This document shows positions 1 through 11,006 of a DNA stretch of 64,000 nt, piece after piece (within the stretch, counting starts at the first letter, position 1; every line of letters begins with the position of its first letter). This stretch comes from an uncultured bacterium (GTDB taxonomy: Bacteria; Actinomycetota; Acidimicrobiia; Spongiisociales; UBA5794). The notes under the pieces were generated by a model. The model worked only from the letters and a program-made list of their open reading frames with translations, was not told the DNA's origin and ran no database searches. Position numbers and translations under genes: made by a program. The stretch spans positions 160,001-224,000 of the forward strand of contig CAWDDT010000011.1 in the NCBI GenBank assembly GCA_963801165.1. The letters run 5' to 3'.

Positions 1-259
1 TGATCGACGACGTGATGTACGGCATGATGCCGAGCGAGAACACCGACAGGTTGCCGAGGGCGCCGCCGCTGAACAGGTTGAGCAGACCAAGGAATCCGTT
101 TTGATCAGCGCTGTTGCGCAGGTTCGCAAGAGCTCCGAGATCGATGCCGGGCACCGGGACGGCGGCACCGAGACGGTAGATCGCAAAGACCATCAACGTG
201 AACAGGATCTTGTTGCGAAGATCCTTGATCCGGAACATGTTGCGGAAAACTGACAGCAT
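1..259 (-). CDS. secY: Preprotein translocase SecY (5' part, runs off window)
   Basis: ATG at 259 gives MLSVFRNMFRIKDLRNKILFTL...YRLGAAVPVPG...LFSGGAL..LSVFSLGIMPYITSSI; follows rplO. Confidence 0.97.
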   Translation of the reverse strand, partial: MLSVFRNMFRIKDLRNKILFTLMVFAIYRLGAAVPVPGIDLGALANLRNSADQNGFLGLLNLFSGGALGNLSVFSLGIMPYITSSI

Positions 260-311
260 TTTCGGTTACCTCGGGAACTTCGTCACCTGGGGACGATAGT
301 GGTTGGGGTGG

Positions 312-749
312 CTACTCGACGACCTGGGTGGCGCCACCGGCGGCCTTGATCTTCTCGACGGCGCCCAGGCTGAACGAATGGGCGTGCACGGTCAGGGCAC
401 GGTCGATCTCGCCCTCACCGAGAATCTTGATGAGACCCCGCTTCTTGGCGAGCCCCCGTTCTCTGAGGTCGTCGGGGGTCACGGTTGCTCCGCTGTCGAA
501 CACGTTGAGACGGTCGACGTTGACGACGGCGTACACGTCCTTGTTCCGGCTCTTGAAGCCCTTGAGCTTCGGCATACGCCGCTGCATCGGCATCTGGCCG
601 CCCTCGAAACCGGGACGAACCTTGCTCCGCGCCTTCTGACCTTTGGTGCCGCGCCCGGCCGTCTTGCCCCGCCTACCGGCTTCACCACGCCCGACGCGGA
701 TCTTTTTCTGTTTTGAGCCCTCGGCGGGTCTCAAATGGTGCAGTTTCAT
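312..749 (-). CDS. rplO: 50S ribosomal protein L15
   Basis: MKLHHLRPAEGS..RVGRG..GRGTKGQKAR..FEGGQMP. Confidence 0.98.
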   Translation of the reverse strand: MKLHHLRPAEGSKQKKIRVGRGEAGRRGKTAGRGTKGQKARSKVRPGFEGGQMPMQRRMPKLKGFKSRNKDVYAVVNVDRLNVFDSGATVTPDDLRERGLAKKRGLIKILGEGEIDRALTVHAHSFSLGAVEKIKAAGGATQVVE

Positions 750-931
750 CAGACTTCCTCCACATCGAGCAGATGCCGAGCGCGATAGATCAACCCGCGC
801 ACATCCAGCGTGTCGGGACGCTCAACGGACTGCCGGATCTTCCGCAGACCCAATGTCTCGACAGTTGCCCTCGTCTTGGGCTTCTCGCCGATGGTGCTCT
901 TCACCAGGGTGATCTTGAGTGTCTTCGCCAT
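749..931 (-). CDS. rpmD: 50S ribosomal protein L30
   Basis: LKITLVKSTIG..TVETLGLRKI; spc operon order. Confidence 0.97.
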   Translation of the reverse strand: MAKTLKITLVKSTIGEKPKTRATVETLGLRKIRQSVERPDTLDVRGLIYRARHLLDVEEV

Positions 932-1557
932 CAGCCTTTACCTACCTCGGTCCTCATCAGCTCGGCGGAGTTGTAGGCAGCCAGCAGCGCCGGCGGGAAG
1001 ATCTCCTCGGCTCGCTTGCCGCGTGCCCTGGCAACCACGTCGGGACGCTGCTGACCTAGCAGCGCCTTCATGGTGGCCCGAGCAACGTTGATGTGCGTCG
1101 GCGAACCTTGCGACTTGGCAAGCACGTTGTGGATGCCTGCGGCCTCGAGGATCTGACGCACCGCACCGCCGGCGATGACGCCGGTGCCCGGTGCCGCCGG
1201 TTTGAGTAACACCCGGGAAGCTCCGTGCACACCCGTGATCGTGTGGATGATCGTCTGGCCCGCCATGGGCACGGGAACCATCTCCTTGCGGGCAAGCTCC
1301 ATACCTTTCTGGATTGCTGCCGGGACCTCTTTGGCCTTGCCGTAGCCGATACCGACCCGGCCCTTACCGTCACCAACTGTCACGAGAGCGGTGAACGAGA
1401 AACGACGACCACCCTTCACGACCTTGGCTACACGGTTGATCGCAATGACGCGCTCATCGAACTCCGGTACCTCCCGGGCTCGCTCGCGTCGCCGACCACC
1501 CTGATCGCCGCGACGGTCCTGGCTGCGACCGCCGCCATGTGGATTCTGTGTCGTCAC
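931..1557 (-). CDS. rpsE: 30S ribosomal protein S5
   Basis: [29 protein letters not shown]. Confidence 0.98.
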   Translation of the reverse strand: MTTQNPHGGGRSQDRRGDQGGRRRERAREVPEFDERVIAINRVAKVVKGGRRFSFTALVTVGDGKGRVGIGYGKAKEVPAAIQKGMELARKEMVPVPMAGQTIIHTITGVHGASRVLLKPAAPGTGVIAGGAVRQILEAAGIHNVLAKSQGSPTHINVARATMKALLGQQRPDVVARARGKRAEEIFPPALLAAYNSAELMRTEVGKG

Positions 1558-1577
1558 CGCTTTCTCCTGTATCTGCG

Positions 1578-1931
1578 TCAGAACTTCAGGCCGCCCTCGC
1601 GGGCGGCATCGGCCAGGGCTTTGACCCGGCCGTGATAGGGAAAACCACCGCGGTCGAATACAACCGCCTCCACACCCGCGTCTCCGGCGCGTGCGGCGAT
1701 CAGCTTGCCGACCTCGGCAGCCGTATCAGTGGACAAAGTCTTGCTGCGCAGCTTCTTCTCCTGTGAAGACGCTGCTGCCAAAGTACGGCCGGCGTCATCG
1801 TCGATGACCTGGGCGTAGATGTACCGATTCGAGCGATACACCGCCAGCCGGGGACGCTGGCCACTTCCGTTGACTTGCTTGCGCACTCGCTCGTGACGAC
1901 GCCGTCGTGCGTCGGCCCTCGTGCCTCTCAT
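1578..1931 (-). CDS. rplR: 50S ribosomal protein L18
   Basis: [32 protein letters not shown]. Confidence 0.98.
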   Translation of the reverse strand: MRGTRADARRRRHERVRKQVNGSGQRPRLAVYRSNRYIYAQVIDDDAGRTLAAASSQEKKLRSKTLSTDTAAEVGKLIAARAGDAGVEAVVFDRGGFPYHGRVKALADAAREGGLKF

Positions 1932-2470
1932 CCTGAGACTCCTGCCTTGCCTGCCTTGCGCCGCACCTGTTCACCGGCGTAGCGAATGCCCTTGCCTTTG
2001 TACGGCTCGGGGGGGCGTACCCTGCGGATGTCCGCAGCGACCTGCCCCACCAGCTGTTTGTCGATCCCGGTCACGGTGATCTTGGTGTTCTCCGGCACCT
2101 GGAACTCGATCCCTTCCGGGGGCTCGACGAGCACCGGGTGCGAGAACCCAACGAGCAGCTCGAGTGCCGTACCCTTGAGCGACGCGCGATAGCCGACGCC
2201 AATCATCTCGAGGTTCTTCTGATAGCCCTCGGATACGCCGACGACCATGTTGTTGAGCAGCGCCCGGCTGAGACCGTGCAGTGCCCGGGTCTCCCGCTCG
2301 TCGTTCTGGCGTGCGACCTCTACTCGCCCCTCGCCCACATTGAACGAGATGCGCGAGTCGAACGTGCGCTCCAGGCTGCCTTTAGCCCCCTTCACGGAAA
2401 CGTCGGAGCCGCTGACCGCGATCTCGACGCCGCCGGGGATCGGCACGGGATTGTTACCTATACGGCTCAT
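1928..2470 (-). CDS. rplF: 50S ribosomal protein L6
   Basis: [16 protein letters not shown]. Confidence 0.98.
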   Translation of the reverse strand: MSRIGNNPVPIPGGVEIAVSGSDVSVKGAKGSLERTFDSRISFNVGEGRVEVARQNDERETRALHGLSRALLNNMVVGVSEGYQKNLEMIGVGYRASLKGTALELLVGFSHPVLVEPPEGIEFQVPENTKITVTGIDKQLVGQVAADIRRVRPPEPYKGKGIRYAGEQVRRKAGKAGVSG

Positions 2471-2473
2471 ACG

Positions 2474-2872
2474 TCACCAAACCTCACAGAGGACCTCGCC
2501 ACCGACGTTGCGCCGGCGTGCCTCTCTATCGGTGAGCAAGCCCTCTGACGTCGAGACGATCGACACCCCGATACCGCCGCGCACTCGCTCGAGGTCCTTG
2601 GCGCCCTTGTAGATGCGGTGCCCGGGGGTGGAGATGCGGCGGATACCCTGGATGACACGATCGCGGTTGTTGTTCACGTACCGCAACGTCATCGTGAGCT
2701 CCTTGCCCACCCTGGCTTCCTCGACCTTGAAGCTGTCCACGAAGCCCTCGGAGGCAAGGATCTTGGCGATCTCCTCCTTGAGCTTCGACGACGGCATCGA
2801 TACCTGCGGGTGCAAAGCCATGTTGGCGTTGCGCACCCGGGTCAGCATGTCGGCGATCGGATCAGTATTCAT
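2474..2872 (-). CDS. rpsH: 30S ribosomal protein S8
   Basis: [22 protein letters not shown]. Confidence 0.98.
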   Translation of the reverse strand: MNTDPIADMLTRVRNANMALHPQVSMPSSKLKEEIAKILASEGFVDSFKVEEARVGKELTMTLRYVNNNRDRVIQGIRRISTPGHRIYKGAKDLERVRGGIGVSIVSTSEGLLTDREARRRNVGGEVLCEVW

Positions 2873-3057
2873 TACCAGGAGGCCTTTCTGACTCCGGGGA
2901 GCTCGCCGCGATGGGCCAGCTCACGAACGCAAATGCGGCACATCCCGAACTTGCGCATGTACGCACGAGGGCGACCGCAACGCCGGCAACGGCTGTAGGC
3001 GCGCACCTCGAACTTCGGCTTGCGTTTGGCCTTGGCGATCATCGACTTCTTCGCCAT
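2872..3057 (-). CDS. rpsN: 30S ribosomal protein S14, short Zn-binding (type Z) form
   Basis: [31 protein letters not shown]. Confidence 0.97.
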   Translation of the reverse strand: MAKKSMIAKAKRKPKFEVRAYSRCRRCGRPRAYMRKFGMCRICVRELAHRGELPGVRKASW

Positions 3058-3614
3058 CACACACCTGCCTGTTGCTTACGGAACGGGAATCCGAACGCGT
3101 CGAGCAAGGCCTTGCCCTGCTCGTCGTTCTCGGCAGACGTCACAAACGTGATGTCCATGCCACGTACCTTCTGGACACTGTCATAGTTGATCTCAGGAAA
3201 TATCAGCTGCTCGTCGACGCCGAAGCTGTAGTTGCCGCGACCATCAAAACCTTTCGGGCTCAGCCCGCGAAAGTCACGGATCCGGGGAATCGCTGCCGAC
3301 ACGAGCCGATCGAAGAACTCCCACATGCGCGCACCGCGCAGGGTCACCGACGCGCCGACAGGAAGACCCTCACGCAGCTTGAAGTTGGCGATGGACTTCC
3401 GGGCTTTGCTCACCTTGGGGTGCTGCCCGGTGATGATTCGAAGATCCTCGACGGCACCGTTGATCAGCTTGCCATCCTGGACGACGTCGCCGACACCCAT
3501 ATTGACAACGATCTTCTGCAAGTGCGGCACCTGCATCACATTGCTGACACCGAGCTGCTTTTGCAGCGCGTCGCGGATCTCCTTGTCGTACTTCTCCTTG
3601 AGCCTGGGAATCAT
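3057..3614 (-). CDS. rplE: 50S ribosomal protein L5
   Basis: Start reset to ATG 3614 (MIPRLKEKY) overlapping rplX stop; [19 protein letters not shown]. Confidence 0.97.
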   Translation of the reverse strand: MIPRLKEKYDKEIRDALQKQLGVSNVMQVPHLQKIVVNMGVGDVVQDGKLINGAVEDLRIITGQHPKVSKARKSIANFKLREGLPVGASVTLRGARMWEFFDRLVSAAIPRIRDFRGLSPKGFDGRGNYSFGVDEQLIFPEINYDSVQKVRGMDITFVTSAENDEQGKALLDAFGFPFRKQQAGV

Positions 3615-3919
3615 CCGAGGTCTCCCCCACACTTGCGGCAGACCCGGTACTTGACGCCGTCTGCGTCGTTCCGGACGCCGATCTTGGTAGGGCCACAGTC
3701 CGGGCACACGATCATGACGTTGGAGACGTCGATCGGCATGTCCTTGTCGATGATGCCGCCCTGCATCGTCTGGCCCTGAGGACGTTGGTGGCGTTTGGCG
3801 GTGGCAACACCCTCGACGATCACACGGTTCTTGCGCGGGATCACCCGGGCGATCTTGCTCTCCGTGCCCTTGTCCTTGCCTGCGATCACCTTCACGGTGT
3901 CACCGGTCTTGAGCTTCAT
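3611..3919 (-). CDS. rplX: 50S ribosomal protein L24
   Basis: KOW motif [13 protein letters not shown]. Confidence 0.97.
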   Translation of the reverse strand: MKLKTGDTVKVIAGKDKGTESKIARVIPRKNRVIVEGVATAKRHQRPQGQTMQGGIIDKDMPIDVSNVMIVCPDCGPTKIGVRNDADGVKYRVCRKCGGDLG

Positions 3920-4287
3920 CACAGCACCTCCGGAGCCATCGAGACGATTCGCATGAACTGCTTGTCACGCAACTCGCGGCCGACCGGGCCGAAGATACGG
4001 GTGCCCCTGGCCTGCTGCTGGTCGTTGATGATCACACAGGCGTTGTCGTCAAATCGTATGTAGGTTCCGTCCTTGCGGCGACTCTCCTTGCGAGTGCGCA
4101 CAACGACGGCCTTGACCACGTCACCCTTCTTGACCCCACCGCCCGGTATGGCGTCCTTGACGGTGCCGACGATGATGTCGCCGAGACCGGCGTAGCGGCG
4201 CGATGAGCCACCCAGCACGCGGATGCACAGCAGCTCGCGGGCGCCGCTGTTGTCCGCGACCTTGAGTCGCGTTTCTTGCTGAATCAT
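3919..4287 (-). CDS. rplN: 50S ribosomal protein L14
   Basis: [21 protein letters not shown]. Confidence 0.99.
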   Translation of the reverse strand: MIQQETRLKVADNSGARELLCIRVLGGSSRRYAGLGDIIVGTVKDAIPGGGVKKGDVVKAVVVRTRKESRRKDGTYIRFDDNACVIINDQQQARGTRIFGPVGRELRDKQFMRIVSMAPEVL

Positions 4288-4541
4288 CGGGCTCTCTCCA
4301 CAACTTCGCTGACACGCCAGCGCTTCGTCTTCGACATGGGTCGGGTTTCTACGATCCGGACGGTGTCACCGAGGTGCGCATCATTCAGCTCGTCGTGAGC
4401 ATGGAATTTCTTGCGCACCCGAACCGTCTTGCCGTATCTCGGGTGAGTCTTGGACTCGACGATCTCTACGGTAACCGTCTTGTCCCGTACATCGGAAATC
4501 ACGACACCGGTTCTGATCTTCCTACGGGCACGTTCTGTCAT
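4284..4541 (-). CDS. rpsQ: 30S ribosomal protein S17
   Basis: [29 protein letters not shown]. Confidence 0.98.
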   Translation of the reverse strand: MTERARRKIRTGVVISDVRDKTVTVEIVESKTHPRYGKTVRVRKKFHAHDELNDAHLGDTVRIVETRPMSKTKRWRVSEVVERAR

Positions 4542-4759
4542 CACGCTTCCTCCTGGAGGTTCTCCCAGGCAGCGATCTCCTGTTCACGGAGGACCGTGCT
4601 GATTCTGGCGACCTCACGCCTCACCTGGCGGAGCCGGGCGGTGTTATCGAGTTGGTTGGTTGCCAGCTGGAATCGCAGGTTGAACATCTCTTCCTTGGCT
4701 TCGTTGAGCTTCTCGGCCAGCTCGGCCGAGTCCAGATCTCGGAGTTCGAACGCCTTCAT
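4541..4759 (-). CDS. rpmC: 50S ribosomal protein L29
   Basis: [28 protein letters not shown]. Confidence 0.98.
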   Translation of the reverse strand: MKAFELRDLDSAELAEKLNEAKEEMFNLRFQLATNQLDNTARLRQVRREVARISTVLREQEIAAWENLQEEA

Positions 4760-5169
4760 CAATCCTCCCGGGTCACGAACTTGGTCTTTATCGGGAGCTT
4801 GTTCCCGGCGAGCCGCATTGCTTCACGAGCCAGGTCCTCTTCGACACCGGCCAGCTCGAACATGACACGCCCCGGCTTGATGACGGCAACCCAGTATTCA
4901 GGATTCCCTTTTCCGGATCCCATTCGGGTCTCTGCAGGCTTCTCGGTTACCGGCTTGTCGGGGAAGATGTTGATCCATACCTTCCCGCCACGCTTGATCT
5001 TCCGGGTCATGGCGACACGAGCTGCCTCGATCTGACGGGCCGTGATCCAGCCCGGCTCTTGCGCCTGCAGACCGAACTCGCCGAAGGTGACGCGGGTGCC
5101 ACCCTTGGCCTTTCCGGCCATCCGGCCCTTCTGGACCTTGCGGTACTTGGTGCGCTTGGGCATCAGCAT
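4759..5169 (-). CDS. rplP: 50S ribosomal protein L16
   Basis: [20 protein letters not shown]. Confidence 0.99.
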   Translation of the reverse strand: MLMPKRTKYRKVQKGRMAGKAKGGTRVTFGEFGLQAQEPGWITARQIEAARVAMTRKIKRGGKVWINIFPDKPVTEKPAETRMGSGKGNPEYWVAVIKPGRVMFELAGVEEDLAREAMRLAGNKLPIKTKFVTRED

Positions 5170-6347
5170 CAGTCGTCACCCCCCTGATCGTCGGCGACGT
5201 CTTCGGGCTTCGAGTCATCGGCAGCCGCTTCGGGCTTCGAGTCGTCAGCGGCCGCTTCGGGCTTCGAGTCGTCAGCGGCCGCTTCGCCGGACGCGGCATC
5301 CTCTACAGCCTCGGTGACCGGCTCGGTCTTCGCCTCGACTACCTCGACCACCTCGGCACCGGCTTCGACCGTCTCGACCGCCTCGGCGCCGGCGCCGGTA
5401 TCGGTGACTTCTTCGGTGGCGACAGCCGCTGTCTCATCGGCGAGGACATCTTCGGCATCGGAGCGAGCCATCTCGAAAGCGTCCCTGGCGTCGCTCGTCG
5501 TCATGGTGTCGTCGCCATCCTCGGAGCGCTTGCCCCGCCGCTTGCCACCACCGGCCTCGATAAGACGCTTGCCCCCACCGGCCTCGATGATGCGGCGTTG
5601 CTTGCCACCACCGGCCGCTTCTTCGGCACGAGACTTGGCGGACTTGCGTCGGCGCGCCGACGGGCCGCCCGCGGCGAGCCGCGCCTCGGCCTCGATCTTC
5701 TCGCGATTCGCTGCCAGCGACGGGATGACCTCACCCTTGTAGACCCATACCTTGACGCCGATGGCGCCGACGGCGGTGCGCGCAGTCGCCTGCCCGTAGT
5801 CGATATCGGCACGGAGGGTATGGAGCGGAACCCGTCCTTCCAGGTACCACTCGCGTCTACCCATGTCGGCGCCGCCAAGACGACCTGCCGCCTGCACCCT
5901 TACCCCTTCAGCGCCGGCCTTGAGCGCGGTGGATACGGCGCGCTTCATCGCCCGACGGAACGAGACGCGTCCCTCGAGCTGATCGGCAACGCTGCGGGCG
6001 AGCAGCGTGGCGTCGGTCTCGGCGTTCTGCACCTCGTTGACGTTGAACTTGACGATCTTCCGGGTCAGCTTCTCGAGCCCGGCACGAAGCCGTTCGGCCT
6101 CAGAGCCGCCACGTCCGATGACGACACCGGGGCGGGCGGTATGTATGTCGACCTGAACCTTCTTGTCACCGATGCGCTCGATGTCGATACGGGACACAGC
6201 GCCACGCCGGAGCTCGTTCTGCAGGTATTTGCGAATGTCCCAGTCTTCGTTGACGTGATCGGCGTAGTCGATATCCGAGTACCAGCGCGACTTCCAGTCG
6301 GTGACGATGCCCAGGCGGAAGCCGTATGGGTGTACTTTCTGGCCCAT
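5169..6347 (-). CDS. rpsC: 30S ribosomal protein S3 with long low-complexity C-terminal extension
   Basis: [15 protein letters not shown] domain, [14 protein letters not shown]; 392 aa. Confidence 0.98.
   Translation of the reverse strand: MGQKVHPYGFRLGIVTDWKSRWYSDIDYADHVNEDWDIRKYLQNELRRGAVSRIDIERIGDKKVQVDIHTARPGVVIGRGGSEAERLRAGLEKLTRKIVKFNVNEVQNAETDATLLARSVADQLEGRVSFRRAMKRAVSTALKAGAEGVRVQAAGRLGGADMGRREWYLEGRVPLHTLRADIDYGQATARTAVGAIGVKVWVYKGEVIPSLAANREKIEAEARLAAGGPSARRRKSAKSRAEEAAGGGKQRRIIEAGGGKRLIEAGGGKRRGKRSEDGDDTMTTSDARDAFEMARSDAEDVLADETAAVATEEVTDTGAGAEAVETVEAGAEVVEVVEAKTEPVTEAVEDAASGEAAADDSKPEAAADDSKPEAAADDSKPEDVADDQGGDD
5201..5286. repeat. In-frame 27-bp tandem repeat (about 3 copies) in rpsC tail
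   Basis: cttcgggcttcgagtc(a/g)tc(g/a)gc(a/g)gccg x3, encoding EAAADDSKP. Confidence 0.93.
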
Positions 6348-6703
6348 CAGGCGTCCTCTCCTTCGAATTCCTCGTCGTCGGCCACCACAATGGTGATGTG
6401 GCTTGTTCGTTTGTTGATCCGTGTAGCACGACCACGGGCACGGGGGCGCCAGCGCTTCAAGGTCGGTCCCTCATCTGCGTATGCCTCGGCAACAAACAGC
6501 TCCTCGGCATCAAGCGCCAGGTTGTGCTCTGCGTTGGCGACGGCAGACTCGAGCACCTTCTTGATCGTGGGTGCCGCACGCCGGTTCGTAAAATCGAGTG
6601 TCGCCCTGGCCTCATCCACCGGCATGCCGCGCACGAGATCAAGGACGCGACGCACCTTGTATGGCGATTGCCGCACGTATTTTGCTTGCGCCCGAGCCTT
6701 CAT
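6347..6703 (-). CDS. rplV: 50S ribosomal protein L22
   Basis: [22 protein letters not shown]. Confidence 0.98.
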   Translation of the reverse strand: MKARAQAKYVRQSPYKVRRVLDLVRGMPVDEARATLDFTNRRAAPTIKKVLESAVANAEHNLALDAEELFVAEAYADEGPTLKRWRPRARGRATRINKRTSHITIVVADDEEFEGEDA

Positions 6704-6978
6704 CGTCTCCTCGCCGACTTGTCACCAGAATGGCCGCGGAAGGTGCGCGTTTGGGCAAACTCGCCCAACTTGTGCCCAACCATCGATTCGCTGACATAGA
6801 CCGGCACGTGCTTGCGGCCGTCGTGCACCGCGATGGTGTGGCCCACCATCTCCGGTGTGATGGTGGAACGCCGGCTCCACGTCCGGATTACTTTCTTCTC
6901 ACCTCTGGCGTTCGCCGCTTCGACCTTCTTCATGAGATGGTCGTCGACGAACGGGCCCTTCTTCAAAGATCGAGCCAT
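6700..6978 (-). CDS. rpsS: 30S ribosomal protein S19
   Basis: [25 protein letters not shown]. Confidence 0.99.
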   Translation of the reverse strand: MARSLKKGPFVDDHLMKKVEAANARGEKKVIRTWSRRSTITPEMVGHTIAVHDGRKHVPVYVSESMVGHKLGEFAQTRTFRGHSGDKSARRR

Positions 6979-6980
6979 GT

Positions 6981-7814
6981 TTATCTCCGACCCTTCTTGG
7001 TCCTGCGGCGGACGATGTACTTATCGCTTGCCTTGTTCTTCTTGCGGGTCCGGCCCTCCGGCTTGCCCCATGGGCTGACCGGGTGACGCCCACCCGAGCT
7101 ACGGCCCTCTCCACCACCGAGCGGATGATCGACCGGGTTCATGGCGACACCACGCGATTGGGGGCGATTGCCTTTCCACCGGCTGCGCCCGGCCTTCCCG
7201 AGCTTCACCAGCTCGGCATCCTGGTTTCCGACCTGGCCAACGGTGCCACGGCAATCCAGCTCGACCTGCCGCATCTCGCCTGAGGGGAGGCGTAGCAACG
7301 CGTAGCCGCCTTCCTTGGACATCAGCTGGATGGCGGTACCTGCGGCCCGACCGAGCTTGGCCCCGCCTCCGGGACGGAGCTCGACGGCGTGGACCGTTGT
7401 GCCGGTGGGGATGTTGCGCAGCGCCAGAGCGTTCCCGGGTCGGATATCGGCCCCCGAACCGGATTCGACGATGTCGCCAACCTCGAGGCCGACCGGGCTC
7501 AGGATGTACCGCTTCTCACCATCGTGATAGTGGAGCAGTGCGATGCGGGCGTTGCGGTTGGGGTCGTACTCGATCGAGGCAACAGTGGCGGGAACCCCGT
7601 CCTTGTTGCGCCGGAAATCAACGATACGATAACGACGCTTGTGACCGCCGCCGCGATGGCGCGAGGTTATGCGCCCGTAGGAGTTGCGGCCGGCCGAGCT
7701 CGGCTTCTTGGCGAGCAGGCTCTTCTCGGGTTTGCTCGTTGTGACGCTCTCGAAGTCGGAGACGGTCTGAAACCGGCGTCCCGGTGATGTCGGTTTTAGC
7801 TTCTTGACGCCCAT
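6981..7814 (-). CDS. rplB: 50S ribosomal protein L2
   Basis: Start ATG 7814 ([14 protein letters not shown]); [17 protein letters not shown]. Confidence 0.98.
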   Translation of the reverse strand: MGVKKLKPTSPGRRFQTVSDFESVTTSKPEKSLLAKKPSSAGRNSYGRITSRHRGGGHKRRYRIVDFRRNKDGVPATVASIEYDPNRNARIALLHYHDGEKRYILSPVGLEVGDIVESGSGADIRPGNALALRNIPTGTTVHAVELRPGGGAKLGRAAGTAIQLMSKEGGYALLRLPSGEMRQVELDCRGTVGQVGNQDAELVKLGKAGRSRWKGNRPQSRGVAMNPVDHPLGGGEGRSSGGRHPVSPWGKPEGRTRKKNKASDKYIVRRRTKKGRR

Positions 7815-7815
7815 G

Positions 7816-8106
7816 TCAGACCTCGAAGATGTCGATTGAATTGCCAACAGCGAGCGTGACCATGGCCCGCTTGGTGTCGGGGCGTCTGCCCGTCTTCCAA
7901 CCGGTCCGCTTCAGCTTGCCCTTACGGTTGATTGTGTTCACCTGGAGCACCTTGACGTCGAAGATGGACCCGATGGCCTGCTTGATCTCCGTCTTGTTGG
8001 CACGCTTGTCCACGACAAAGGTGTAGGTGTTGCTCTCCTGGATGAGGTCGTAGGACTTCTCGGAGACAACCGGTGCGAAGACGATGTCGCGCGGGTTCTT
8101 GCTCAT
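7816..8106 (-). CDS. rplW: 50S ribosomal protein L23
   Basis: [18 protein letters not shown]. Confidence 0.98.
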   Translation of the reverse strand: MSKNPRDIVFAPVVSEKSYDLIQESNTYTFVVDKRANKTEIKQAIGSIFDVKVLQVNTINRKGKLKRTGWKTGRRPDTKRAMVTLAVGNSIDIFEV

Positions 8107-8789
8107 GAGTCCTCCCGGGTGCTCTCATTGACACCGGCGGCGTGTTCCATGGTGCCGCGGGGCGTTCCTTGACCGAGCTCGAGCGTTCCCTGGCTCATGA
8201 CGATGGTGTCCGCCCACAGCACGTCGTAGGTGTTGGCCTGGCCAACCCTGCTGGCGATCACGCCATCGATGTTGCGGAACGACTTGATCGCGGTCTGCTC
8301 ATGGTCCTCAGCGAGCAGGAGGACCTTGCCTGCGACACCCATGGCATCCAGCAGGTTGAGTGCATTCTTGGTCCTGGGGGTGTCCCAGACGTCAAAGGTC
8401 TCCACAACTTTGATGCGACCGTCGGCGGCGCGCACCGACAGTGCGCTCCGGAGAGCCAGCCGCTTCATCTTCTTCGGTGTCCGTTGCGAGTAGTCGCGTG
8501 GCTTCGGCCCATGAGCGACCCCGCCGCCTATCCACTGCGGGGAGCGAATCGAACCCTGCCTGGCCCGACCCAAACCCTTCTGCCGCCACGGTTTCCTACC
8601 ACCGCCACGAACCTCGCCACGGGTCTTGGTCGAATGGGTGCCGGCACGGGCCGCGGCCAACTGCGCCGTTACGACCTGGTGCATAACCGCCATGTTGGGC
8701 TCGATGCCGAAGATCTCGCTCTTCAGCTCGACGGTCCCCGTCATGGTTCCGTCGGCGCTGTATAGATCGGCCGTCAACTTGTCAGCCAT
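8103..8789 (-). CDS. rplD: 50S ribosomal protein L4
   Basis: [25 protein letters not shown]. Confidence 0.98.
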   Translation of the reverse strand: MADKLTADLYSADGTMTGTVELKSEIFGIEPNMAVMHQVVTAQLAAARAGTHSTKTRGEVRGGGRKPWRQKGLGRARQGSIRSPQWIGGGVAHGPKPRDYSQRTPKKMKRLALRSALSVRAADGRIKVVETFDVWDTPRTKNALNLLDAMGVAGKVLLLAEDHEQTAIKSFRNIDGVIASRVGQANTYDVLWADTIVMSQGTLELGQGTPRGTMEHAAGVNESTREDS

Positions 8790-9420
8790 TGCTCTTCACC
8801 GCCTCTCGCATGACCAGAACCGCACCTTTAGGACCGGGAACGGCGCCGCGCAACATGACGACGTTACGCTCGGCGTCGATCTTGACGACCTCCAGATTCA
8901 TCATCGTCACCTGGTCGCCACCCATACGGCCCGGGAGCCGCTTGCCCTTGAAAACACGGGACGGGGTGGCACAGGCTCCGATAGAACCGGGTGCCCGGTG
9001 CACCTTGTGGGCACCGTGGCTGGCTCCTTGTCCCTGGAAATTGTGTCGCTTCATGACGCCGGCAAAGCCTTTGCCCTTGGTGATCCCGGTCACATCCGCC
9101 TTCTTGCCCTCGGCGAGCACATCGGCGATACCGATCTCCTGACCCAGCTTGTATTGATCGGGGTCGTCGACACGAACTTCGACAATGTACTTCGCCGGAG
9201 GGGTATTCGACTTCGCAAAGTGACCGGCCGTCGCACTGTTGACGTGTTTGCTCGCCATCTCCTTGAAGGCAATCTGAATTGCCGAGTAGCCGTCTGTGCC
9301 GGCGCGCTTGATCTGAGTGACCCGAACCGGCCCAGCTTTGATGATGGTCACGGGGATGGCCCGTGCTTCATCATCAAAGATCTGAGTCATGCCCAGTTTC
9401 TCTCCGAGGATGGTATTCAC
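8782..9420 (-). CDS. rplC: 50S ribosomal protein L3
   Basis: [28 protein letters not shown]. Confidence 0.98.
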   Translation of the reverse strand: MNTILGEKLGMTQIFDDEARAIPVTIIKAGPVRVTQIKRAGTDGYSAIQIAFKEMASKHVNSATAGHFAKSNTPPAKYIVEVRVDDPDQYKLGQEIGIADVLAEGKKADVTGITKGKGFAGVMKRHNFQGQGASHGAHKVHRAPGSIGACATPSRVFKGKRLPGRMGGDQVTMMNLEVVKIDAERNVVMLRGAVPGPKGAVLVMREAVKSNG

Positions 9421-9728
9421 CTCTTGATCTCCACTTCCACGCCGGCAGGGAGGTCAAGACGCATCAGGGACTCGACTGTCTTGGGGGTGGGCTCCAGAAT
9501 GTCGATGAGCCGCCGGTGGATACGCATCTCAAAGTGCTCCCGGCTGGTTTTGTCTACATGCGGGCCCCGGATTACGCAGTAGCGATGAATCCGGGTCGGC
9601 AGTGGCACCGGACCCTTGATTTTCGCTTGAGTGCGAATCACGGTCTCTGCAATCTTGCGCGCCGACTCGTCGACGACCGAATGGTCGTACGCCTTGAGTC
9701 GGATGCGGATCCGATGTTCGTCTGCCAT
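9417..9728 (-). CDS. rpsJ: 30S ribosomal protein S10
   Basis: Start ATG 9728; [17 protein letters not shown]. Confidence 0.98.
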   Translation of the reverse strand: MADEHRIRIRLKAYDHSVVDESARKIAETVIRTQAKIKGPVPLPTRIHRYCVIRGPHVDKTSREHFEMRIHRRLIDILEPTPKTVESLMRLDLPAGVEVEIKR

Positions 9729-9765
9729 TGTCTTTCTCAGTCCTCTCTGCGTGGAGCTGCGGAGC

Positions 9766-10996
9766 AACTCCAACCTGACCGCCTACGCGGTCAGGCGGCT
9801 ACTTGATGATGTTGATGACCCGACCAGCACCGACAGTACGGCCACCCTCCCGAATCGCAAACCGCAACCCCTCATCCATAGCAATCGGCTTACCCAACTC
9901 CACCGTCATCTCAGTGTTATCACCAGGCATCACCATCTCAGTACCCTCAGGCAAAGACACCGTCCCAGTCACATCCGTCGTCCGGAAATAAAACTGCGGC
10001 CGATACCCATCAAAAAACGGGTTATGCCGACCACCCTCATCCTTAGTCAACACATACACCTGAGCCACAAAATTCGTATGAGGCGTAATCGAACCAGGCT
10101 TAGCAACCACCTGACCCCGCTCCACCGCATCCTTCCCAATCCCCCGCAACAACAACCCAACATTGTCCCCAGCCTGACCCTCATCAAGCAACTTACGGAA
10201 CATCTCAACACCAGTCACCGTCGTCGACTGCACATCCCGCAAACCAATGATCTCAACCTGCTCACCAACATGAATCACACCAGTCTCAATACGGCCAGTC
10301 ACCACCGTCCCCCGACCAGTAATCGAAAACACATCCTCAATCGCCATCATGAACGGCTTATCCGTCTCCCGCACCGGCTCAGGAATATACGAATCAACCG
10401 CATCCATCAACTCATGAATAGACGCAACCGCCGCCGGATCATTCTCCTCCAAAGCCTTCAAAGCAGACCCACGAACAACCGGAATGTCATCCCCAGGAAA
10501 CTCATACTCAGTAAGAAGATCCCGAACCTCGAGCTCAACCAGATCCAACAACTCCTCATCATCAACCTGATCAGTCTTATTCATATACACAACAATGTAA
10601 GGAACACCAACCTGACGAGCCAACAACACATGCTCACGAGTCTGCGGCATCGGACCATCAGCAGCAGACACCACCAAAATCGCCCCATCAACCTGAGCAG
10701 CACCCGTAATCATGTTCTTCACATAATCAGCATGCCCCGGCATATCAACATGCGCATAATGACGATTCGCCGTCTCATACTCCACATGAGCAATCGCAAT
10801 CGTGATACCCCGCTCCCTCTCCTCAGGAGCCTTATCAATCTCATCAAACGCCGTAAACTTCGTCGACCCCGACCCCTCCTCAGACAACACCTTCGTAATC
10901 GCAGCCGTCAAAGTCGTCTTCCCATGATCAATATGACCCATAGTCCCAACATTCACATGCGGCTTCGTCCGCTCGAACTTCTCCTTAGCCATCTTT
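9766..10996. repeat. 1231-bp direct repeat, copy 1 (tuf plus short flanks)
   Basis: Matches 32911-34141 (offset 23145); sense and in-register antisense translations of both copies appear identical. Confidence 0.93.
9799..10992 (-). CDS. tuf: Elongation factor Tu (str operon copy)
   Basis: [18 protein letters not shown] motifs; downstream of fusA. Confidence 0.99.
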   Translation of the reverse strand: MAKEKFERTKPHVNVGTMGHIDHGKTTLTAAITKVLSEEGSGSTKFTAFDEIDKAPEERERGITIAIAHVEYETANRHYAHVDMPGHADYVKNMITGAAQVDGAILVVSAADGPMPQTREHVLLARQVGVPYIVVYMNKTDQVDDEELLDLVELEVRDLLTEYEFPGDDIPVVRGSALKALEENDPAAVASIHELMDAVDSYIPEPVRETDKPFMMAIEDVFSITGRGTVVTGRIETGVIHVGEQVEIIGLRDVQSTTVTGVEMFRKLLDEGQAGDNVGLLLRGIGKDAVERGQVVAKPGSITPHTNFVAQVYVLTKDEGGRHNPFFDGYRPQFYFRTTDVTGTVSLPEGTEMVMPGDNTEMTVELGKPIAMDEGLRFAIREGGRTVGAGRVINIIK

Positions 10997-11006
10997 GATC
11001 TCCTAG

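Noticed and set aside
9631-10998. 455-aa plus-strand ORF rich in H/N/I/R (and its twin 32773-34224)
   Set aside because: In-register antisense shadow of tuf; its odd composition and lack of stops follow from the G/T wobble bias.
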